From a virus (taxonomy: Duplodnaviria; Caudoviricetes): a stretch of DNA of 64,000 bases. The notes under the pieces were generated by a model. It saw only the letters and a program-made list of their open reading frames with translations. It had not been told where the DNA came from and did no database searches. The number at the start of each line of letters is the position of its first letter. Position 1 is the first letter of the stretch. This document shows, piece after piece, positions 58,895 to 64,000 of the stretch. The stretch spans positions 3,146 to 67,145 of the IMG/VR virus record IMGVR_UViG_3300027533_000001; one strand, given 5' to 3'. The position numbers and the translations under genes were made by a program.

Positions 58895-59036
58895 GGCTCC
58901 CGGCTCCCGGCTCACATATATATGGGACTCCCGGCTCCGCCCCGCCTAAACTCCCGGCTCCCGGCTCCGCCTGTTAGTGACTAACTCCCGGCTCCCGGCT
59001 CCGCCTGATAGGCTCCCGGCTAGGCTCCCGGCTCCG
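58895..59036 (+). repeat. CTCCCGG heptamer repeat cluster
   Basis: Nine exact CTCCCGG copies plus CTCCG variants, interrupted by one 13-bp palindrome at 58973. Confidence 0.9.
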
Positions 59037-59047
59037 CTATAGGTAAT

Positions 59048-59071
59048 GTCTACGTCTACGTCTACGTCTAT
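59048..59071 (+). repeat. GTCTAC tandem repeat (3 exact plus GTCTAT)
   Basis: Read directly from the sequence. Confidence 0.9.
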
Positions 59072-59540
59072 GGCAATGACTCGCGCGAGATGCTCCCCTA
59101 CCCCCTGACTCGCGCGGGGGGCGGGCCGGTTGGGTCCCATGCGACGTTCTCGACGAGACCAAAATTGGCACTTTTAGGGCATAAAAAAGTATGCTATACT
59201 GAAGAAAAACAGTTAGTTACTAACCAGAAAAGGCGAAAATCAGGCGAAAACCGGTTAGTGACTAACAAAATGGCGAATATATGGCGAAAATGGCCCAGGA
59301 CAGCGCAAAACTGGGGTCCCACGGGGGGGGGTACGGGGGTATGGTGGATTTACGGCCTGCGCCAACGTCGACACAATTGAGATTGAGGCAAATTCATGAA
59401 GTTTTGTACTTTCGACAGCAACTTTCGCAATAAATGTCATGTTATCACCAACTTACCGTCATTTTCACCCTCATTCCCGGTGATATACACATAATTATTA
59501 GAAGTAACTATACTATACTGTACTTTGCCGGAACCCCAAA

Positions 59541-60515
59541 ATGACCCACCTCGAAAAGTTAGCCAAGGGCACCATCGCCATCGACCCCAGTAGGCTCATA
59601 CTGGAGCTTGGCGGGGGGTACACGCTGGAAAACCTCACCGCCGGGTGTGCCATACTGCCTCCCCGGGATCAACTCGTCCTGCGCCATTTGCTGCGCAAAC
59701 CCATCCTTTGGCTGAAAAGCCGGGGGTTAGTCACTAAGGATGAGTTCGCCGCACTCTGGCAGTTCGCGACCACTACCACCACCACCGACCCAGTCTCCCC
59801 ATTGAGTAGAGCGAGACTCGAATACCACCTCTCGCACCTCAACCGGTCCAACCACTACCACGCCGTTCGCTGTAACGCCCTCCTCATGTTGGCACTAGGT
59901 CTAGGTATCCACCCGCGCCACGCCTACGCACTCAAGGTCCAGGACGTGAAGGCCATACGTGCACTGTTATTGAAACACAACTGCTACACCCGCTGGGCCT
60001 GGGCCTATATTGAGAAGCTGATGGTTAATCGACGCATCCACATCAAGCCATACGGCTATGCCCACCAACAACTATTCATCAACCTGGACGGCACCCCGAT
60101 GGATATCGGCATGGCCCACAGCTTTGTCAACCGCTGGCCAGCTTACTATCACCTCGACTACCGCCAAGCTCTCGTTGCCCATCGCACCATGGCCGTAGAA
60201 CTCGCCGGGGTCAAGCCGCAACTCGACGCATTATATAAGGAGATATTCACCCGCAATGGAACCATTACACCCACTGTCACCCCCGCGCAACGACCGCAGC
60301 CTGCGCCAGTACTCCCGCCCCCAGACGACACCACCGCAGTCACTAACTACTGGTCCTGCACCCGCCTCACCCCCGCTCCGCGCCCACCACTTGTCAACCG
60401 CTACCGTTCCTACATCACCAACCACTGGCTCGATGCGCGACGAAATCAAGCAGTTCACCGATACCTGTCTGAGCACCGTCCCCAGCCGGTCGATAGCGAT
60501 CCTGGCCCAGCGTAG
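59541..60515 (+). CDS. Degenerate tyrosine-recombinase-like protein
   Basis: RCNALLMLALGLGIHPRHAYALKVQDV parallels Box I (R..AL..LL..TGLR.SE...L...DI) with His in place of the catalytic Arg. QLFINLDGTPM parallels the LF.N..G..L patch. Confidence 0.5.
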   Translation: MTHLEKLAKGTIAIDPSRLILELGGGYTLENLTAGCAILPPRDQLVLRHLLRKPILWLKSRGLVTKDEFAALWQFATTTTTTDPVSPLSRARLEYHLSHLNRSNHYHAVRCNALLMLALGLGIHPRHAYALKVQDVKAIRALLLKHNCYTRWAWAYIEKLMVNRRIHIKPYGYAHQQLFINLDGTPMDIGMAHSFVNRWPAYYHLDYRQALVAHRTMAVELAGVKPQLDALYKEIFTRNGTITPTVTPAQRPQPAPVLPPPDDTTAVTNYWSCTRLTPAPRPPLVNRYRSYITNHWLDARRNQAVHRYLSEHRPQPVDSDPGPA

Positions 60516-60648
60516 TGGAGTGAATGTCCAAACTATTCGGCACATGCTCAATCGCGGCAAGCTGGTCAACCTCACCACCGTGATCGCCCTTGCCAACGCC
60601 GCCAACTTACGTATCCAGTTAGTCACTACCGCCAAGGACGTCGCATAG
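60433..60648 (+). CDS. XRE-like HTH protein
   Basis: IAILAQRSGVNVQTIRHML..G...NLTTVIALANAANLRI; overlaps the tail of the upstream ORF. Confidence 0.7.
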   Translation: MRDEIKQFTDTCLSTVPSRSIAILAQRSGVNVQTIRHMLNRGKLVNLTTVIALANAANLRIQLVTTAKDVA

Positions 60649-60650
60649 CC

Positions 60651-61394
60651 ATGGCCCAGCGCAAGATCCGCATCAACGACCGCACCACCCCCGTGCCACA
60701 CCCGGCACCCGCCTATATGGCAAGCCCGGTCGACGCCAAGGCTGCTGCCGACCGGCGCACCAAGGCCAACCGCACCGCCGCCTTACGCAAAGCCGTTATC
60801 GCCAAGTCGCGGTCCTACCGGGTGCCGCAGCCCATACGTGACGACATCGGCCTCACCCGCGACGAGATCCTGGCCAGCGCCCCCGTACTCGCCGCCGCCG
60901 TGCGCCCCCTACCCCCCGCCGACCCACTCCCACCCCATTGGCGCAAGTACTTCGCCCAGTGCTGCCGCTACGCCCAGGCCATCCAGTACCGCCATCGCCT
61001 TGCCACCAAGCACGACCTGCCCAGCGACTGGTGGGATATACCGCCGCGGGGTGGGCTGAGTGACGTGATCAACGCGGTATTCCTCGACGTCGACGCCGTC
61101 TCCACCATCCTCAACATCCCCAGCACCAGCGCCAGCCGTCTCATGTCCAGTGGCCTCATCCCCAGCTTCAAAGGCCCATCCCTGCCATTGATGACCACGG
61201 TCCACGACCTCACCATCTACTTATCCATGAACCGCCTCATCGACTGGCGGGTCGTCATGTACCAAGCGGGGTGGAAAGCCGGTCTCGGTGGCCTGTGGCG
61301 CGACCCCAGTACCGGTGACTACATTCCCCTCACTGCCGCCCTGGCCAAAGTAAAGTCCCAGGTAGACGTGAAATTCGGTGCCAAACTTGCCTAG
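60651..61394 (+). CDS. Protein with excisionase/MerR-like HTH in its C-terminal half
   Basis: LDVDAVSTILNIPSTSASRLMSSGLIPSFK...TTVHDLTIYL resembles HTH_17. Confidence 0.55.
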   Translation: MAQRKIRINDRTTPVPHPAPAYMASPVDAKAAADRRTKANRTAALRKAVIAKSRSYRVPQPIRDDIGLTRDEILASAPVLAAAVRPLPPADPLPPHWRKYFAQCCRYAQAIQYRHRLATKHDLPSDWWDIPPRGGLSDVINAVFLDVDAVSTILNIPSTSASRLMSSGLIPSFKGPSLPLMTTVHDLTIYLSMNRLIDWRVVMYQAGWKAGLGGLWRDPSTGDYIPLTAALAKVKSQVDVKFGAKLA

Positions 61395-61447
61395 CTGTGT
61401 GTCACATATATACATAAGGATACCGGTATACAGTATATTGCGGTCGC

Positions 61448-61477
61448 TTGACATCACACGTCAACCCATGGTATACT
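61448..61477 (+). promoter_or_regulatory. Sigma70-like promoter with a palindrome over the -35 box
   Basis: TTGACA-18-TATACT with extended TG; TTGACATCACACGTCAA overlaps the -35. Confidence 0.7.
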
Positions 61478-61626
61478 GGTATCTAGCTGTAGTGTTCCAG
61501 TCTGAGTCTAGTTGATGCCATACGAGCCAGCAGCGTGCTGACAGTGGGAAGTTCAGTGATTGGTTCTCACCACTGTCGGCACGTCTGGTGGTGCGTTAGT
61601 TACTAACCAAGGAGAACCATTCACCC

Positions 61627-62160
61627 ATGTCGTCCCCAGCGTCCCCGTCCATTCCATCCCCACCACCTCCTGTGCCTTCGGCACCCGGTACTGGCGCTGC
61701 ACCCAACCCACCGGCTATGCGCGACCCAACCACCCTCCTGGTACGTGCATTCAAGGGCTTCCTGTACTCGCCAATAACCAAGCAGCTGTACTACACCAAT
61801 AACCGCGAAAGTGTCGGCCCATCAACCTACGAGCGCCCATGGTCGGTCAACCCCAACTACGGCTACGAGCACCCCATCTACCCACTAAACCCGGTTGACT
61901 ACTGCACCGCCGACACTGCCGACGCCGTGTTGTCATGGGCAAAGGACAACTGGCCATCCCTGGTCTTCGACATCATCGTCCCCATCCCCGAAGGCTTCGT
62001 CACCCAGGCCCAGTACTGGCTGTTAGTCACCAACCACGAGCAGTCCATCATCGAGGTCTACGGGGCTGGCCTGTGGGCATTCGACCACGACAAGGACGGC
62101 GATGCCTCTGCCACCGAGCAACGCACCGCCGAATTGAGACAGGCAGGATTCTCGGTCTAA
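61627..62160 (+). CDS. Hypothetical protein
   Basis: RBS AAGGAG just after a palindrome; Pro-rich N-terminus. Confidence 0.7.
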   Translation: MSSPASPSIPSPPPPVPSAPGTGAAPNPPAMRDPTTLLVRAFKGFLYSPITKQLYYTNNRESVGPSTYERPWSVNPNYGYEHPIYPLNPVDYCTADTADAVLSWAKDNWPSLVFDIIVPIPEGFVTQAQYWLLVTNHEQSIIEVYGAGLWAFDHDKDGDASATEQRTAELRQAGFSV

Positions 62161-62164
62161 CCCC

Positions 62165-62368
62165 ATGGAACCCATCCTCCAGTTCTTCTCCTACACCCAT
62201 CTCCCGGCCCACCTCCAACTGGTCAGCCAACCCTTCTGTGACCTAGCCAACGCCATCGTAGAGAACCTCCCGCGCAACCCGGAGCGCACCGTGGCCCTCC
62301 GCAAGTTGCTCGAATCCAAGGACGCCGCCGTGCGTGCCAAGCTCTACGTTGACCCAGTTAGTGTATAG
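62165..62368 (+). CDS. Small conserved phage helical-hairpin protein (possible Acb2/Tad1-like)
   Basis: FFSYTHLPAHLQLVSQPF...LPRNPERTVALRKLLESKDAAVRA. Confidence 0.6.
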   Translation: MEPILQFFSYTHLPAHLQLVSQPFCDLANAIVENLPRNPERTVALRKLLESKDAAVRAKLYVDPVSV

Positions 62369-62390
62369 TTAGCAAAGGAGTAACTCCCAC

Positions 62391-63173
62391 ATGTCAACCA
62401 CATCCACTACCCATACCCCGGCACCCGTTGCCACTGCCCCCACTCCCCCAGCCCCCACCAAACTCGCCCCCTGGCCAGCAGTGCGGCTCAGTGACGGCCC
62501 CGACCCCTACGCCCTCCCCGAACCCAAGGAAGGCGAGGAGATCCCCCCGGTCATGATCACGCAGGACGTCGCCGGTTCCCGCACCATCTCCACCATGTAC
62601 AAGCCCAGCGACCAGGAACCCCCGGTAGTCACTCCCCCAGGCGGCTCCACTGGCGAGACCCCGGTGACCACCACTGTCGCCATCGACGCCGCCACCATCG
62701 CTGGCCTATCCACCACCCCGAAGTTATTGGTTGCCGTACCTGCTGGCGCATCCCTGGAGTTCCAGGGAGCCACCGGCCAGTACACCTACGGCACCGCCAC
62801 CTACACCGGGTCCGGCATACTGCAGATCAAGTGTGGCGGTGTAGTCGTCTCCGATGACGTCGCGGTCACCCCCCTCACCGGCGCTGTCAGCGGCCCCATC
62901 ACCTTCACTGCCCTCCCCGGTATCGCCCTCGCCCCCGACCAGCCCATTACCTTGACTCAATCTGGTGGCTCACTCGTTGGCGGCGACGGCACCATCTCCC
63001 TCGACGTCACCACGTCCACCCACCTCCCCGACCCACCAGCTGGTGACGCTGCCAGTGCCAGTGCCTACAGTGCTGCCCCCAGTGTCCAATCCGCCTCGGC
63101 CCCACCATCCACCCTCGCCCCGCGCTCGGCCCAACCCGGCCACGCCCTCGGCATACGCAAGGGGTCGCGCTAG
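62391..63173 (+). CDS. Putative minor virion/decoration protein
   Basis: RBS AAAGGAG; Pro/Thr-rich termini around a beta-sandwich-like core (IAGLSTTPKLLVAVP...GGDGTISLDV). Confidence 0.5.
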   Translation: MSTTSTTHTPAPVATAPTPPAPTKLAPWPAVRLSDGPDPYALPEPKEGEEIPPVMITQDVAGSRTISTMYKPSDQEPPVVTPPGGSTGETPVTTTVAIDAATIAGLSTTPKLLVAVPAGASLEFQGATGQYTYGTATYTGSGILQIKCGGVVVSDDVAVTPLTGAVSGPITFTALPGIALAPDQPITLTQSGGSLVGGDGTISLDVTTSTHLPDPPAGDAASASAYSAAPSVQSASAPPSTLAPRSAQPGHALGIRKGSR

Positions 63174-63222
63174 GCAGGCATAGGCATTACCAAGTCCTAG
63201 TCTGTTGTTCATTCACTCTTAC

Positions 63223-63263
63223 GGGCGCATAGGTTTATTAGATTTTCCTATGCGCCCTTTTTT
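63223..63263 (+). terminator. Rho-independent terminator
   Basis: GGGCGCATAGG...CCTATGCGCCC followed by TTTTTT. Confidence 0.85.
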
Positions 63264-63294
63264 CGATATAATCACCCTTTGTTAGTGACTAACC

Positions 63295-64000
63295 ATGCTA
63301 GACACCACCATCGAGGAACGGTCCATTGAGTCCACCAGCGTCGAATACCCGTCCCGCCCCCAGGAGGTGATCGTATTTACCCCAGTCGGCACCGACGTAA
63401 TCACCGGTATCCCCAGCCCAGCCCTGTCCAGTTACGACCAACTCACCGACATCTTACCCTTTATCCAGATCGGCTTCTACGCATCTGGCCCAAATACGGG
63501 TCCAGTCACCATCAACCTAAACGACCTCGGCCCCATCCCATTAACTAAGGTTGACGGTGTGATAGATGTCCCCCTCGACGCTGGCGACATCGCCCTCCAT
63601 CAATACGTCCAAGCCGCCTACTACCCGTGGACCCCATCGTTTCAACTCGTTACCGGCACCGCGAGTATGCAAGGGCCAGCTGGACCCCCAGGCCCGGAGG
63701 GACCCCCCGGCCCCCCAGGCGTGGGGCTGGCAATCAAAGGCGCAGTCGATACCGTGGGCGACCTCCCCCCGACCGGCGAGGAGGGTGATGCATGGGTTGT
63801 CGAGAATACTGGCCACCTCTGGGTATGGGACCCCACGACGTCAACCTGGGTCGACAGCGGCCTCATCCAAGGACCCCCCGGTGTCCCCGGCCCAGTCGGC
63901 CCCGCCGGTCCCGCAGGCGTCGACGGCACCAATGGCGTCCAGGGCCTGCCAGGATTACCCGGCCTTGAAGGCGAAAAGGGCGACCAAGGCGACCCCGGTC
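63295..64000 (+). CDS. Collagen-like tail fibre protein, 3'-truncated by the window edge (not in the ORF track)
   Basis: ATG right after the palindrome, frame open to the end. Gly-X-Y runs (GPAGPPGPEGPPG; GPPGVPGPVGPAG...GEKGDQGDPG) flank IKGAVDTVGDLPPTGEEGDAWVV...GHLWVWD. Confidence 0.85.
   Translation, partial: MLDTTIEERSIESTSVEYPSRPQEVIVFTPVGTDVITGIPSPALSSYDQLTDILPFIQIGFYASGPNTGPVTINLNDLGPIPLTKVDGVIDVPLDAGDIALHQYVQAAYYPWTPSFQLVTGTASMQGPAGPPGPEGPPGPPGVGLAIKGAVDTVGDLPPTGEEGDAWVVENTGHLWVWDPTTSTWVDSGLIQGPPGVPGPVGPAGPAGVDGTNGVQGLPGLPGLEGEKGDQGDPG

Larger units (their letters stand above)
1382..63293. repeat. Dispersed 13-bp palindrome GTTAGTNACTAAC (38 exact copies, 8 one-mismatch copies found by eye)
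   Basis: Exact starts: 1382, 1939, 2753, 4585, 7149, 8419, 9858, 11426, 13724, 14389, 16677, 17085, 18755, 22693, 25005, 27422, 29299, 29681, 32642, 33537, 35290, 37333, 38950, 40978, 43040, 44181, 46076, 47961, 49330, 52444, 54432, 55125, 57889, 58973, 59212, 59254, 61595, 63281. One mismatch: 21632, 36164, 49656, 51200, 53713, 59726, 60618, 62022. Confidence 0.97.

Noticed and set aside
57298-59440. Track ORFs in the control region (57298..57900, 58414..58692, 58445..58711, 58946..59140, 59090..59380)
   Set aside because: They have no RBS, atypical composition, and overlap repeats or the real gene 57358..57711, so I treated them as non-coding.
59541-60515. Functional integrase and prophage status
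   Set aside because: The catalytic Arg of Box I is replaced, no clear Box II is seen, and no host genes or att-like junctions appear in the window.
1382-63293. 13-bp repeats as a CRISPR array, with the Cas4-like nuclease as a cas gene
   Set aside because: The repeats are dispersed at 0.04-3 kb intervals rather than separated by 30-40 bp spacers. The PD-(D/E)XK gene sits in an SSB/Sak4 recombination module with no cas1/cas2.
1382-63293. 13-bp palindrome as an RNA hairpin or terminator
   Set aside because: A 6-bp stem with a 1-nt loop (or 5 bp with 3 nt) is AU-rich and weak, has no U-tract, and keeps perfect dyad symmetry with a free central base, which fits a dimeric DNA-binding protein better.
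1-64000. tRNA, rRNA or tmRNA genes
   Set aside because: I found no cloverleaf with T-loop GTTCRA plus acceptor stem by eye; tRNAscan-SE or ARAGORN would be needed to exclude them fully.

Overview
This window holds most or all of a tailed dsDNA phage genome (about 60% GC by eye) with podovirus-like architecture. There is no tape-measure, sheath or tube gene; tail tubular/nozzle-like genes are followed by large ejection-type proteins. A rightward late arm (59.5 kb to the window end, continuing at 1-33.4 kb) carries tail fibres, TerS/TerL, portal, scaffold, SU10-type major capsid, tail, ejection proteins, exported fibre/lyase-like proteins and a PEP-CTERM protein. A leftward arm (33.5-57.7 kb) carries a split family A DNA polymerase (UDG-exonuclease gene plus polymerase gene), a macrodomain, ERCC4 nuclease, dATP/dGTP diphosphohydrolase, Sak4-like ATPase, PD-(D/E)XK nuclease, SSB-like protein, DinG and UvrD helicases, ParB, an XRE HTH and many small early genes. 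A 1.8 kb repeat-rich non-coding region (57.7-59.5 kb) separates the diverging arms. The most striking unexplained signal is a 13-bp palindrome, GTTAGTNACTAAC, which I found by eye 38 times exactly plus 8 one-mismatch copies. It is spread evenly over the genome and resembles the KorB operator OB of IncP plasmids, and the phage encodes a ParB/KorB-family protein with no ParA. A second unusual signal is that several tail-fibre-like and lyase-like proteins begin with Sec-type signal peptides and are Cys-rich, next to a phage-borne PEP-CTERM gene. All family assignments come from motif recognition by eye; no database searches were run.
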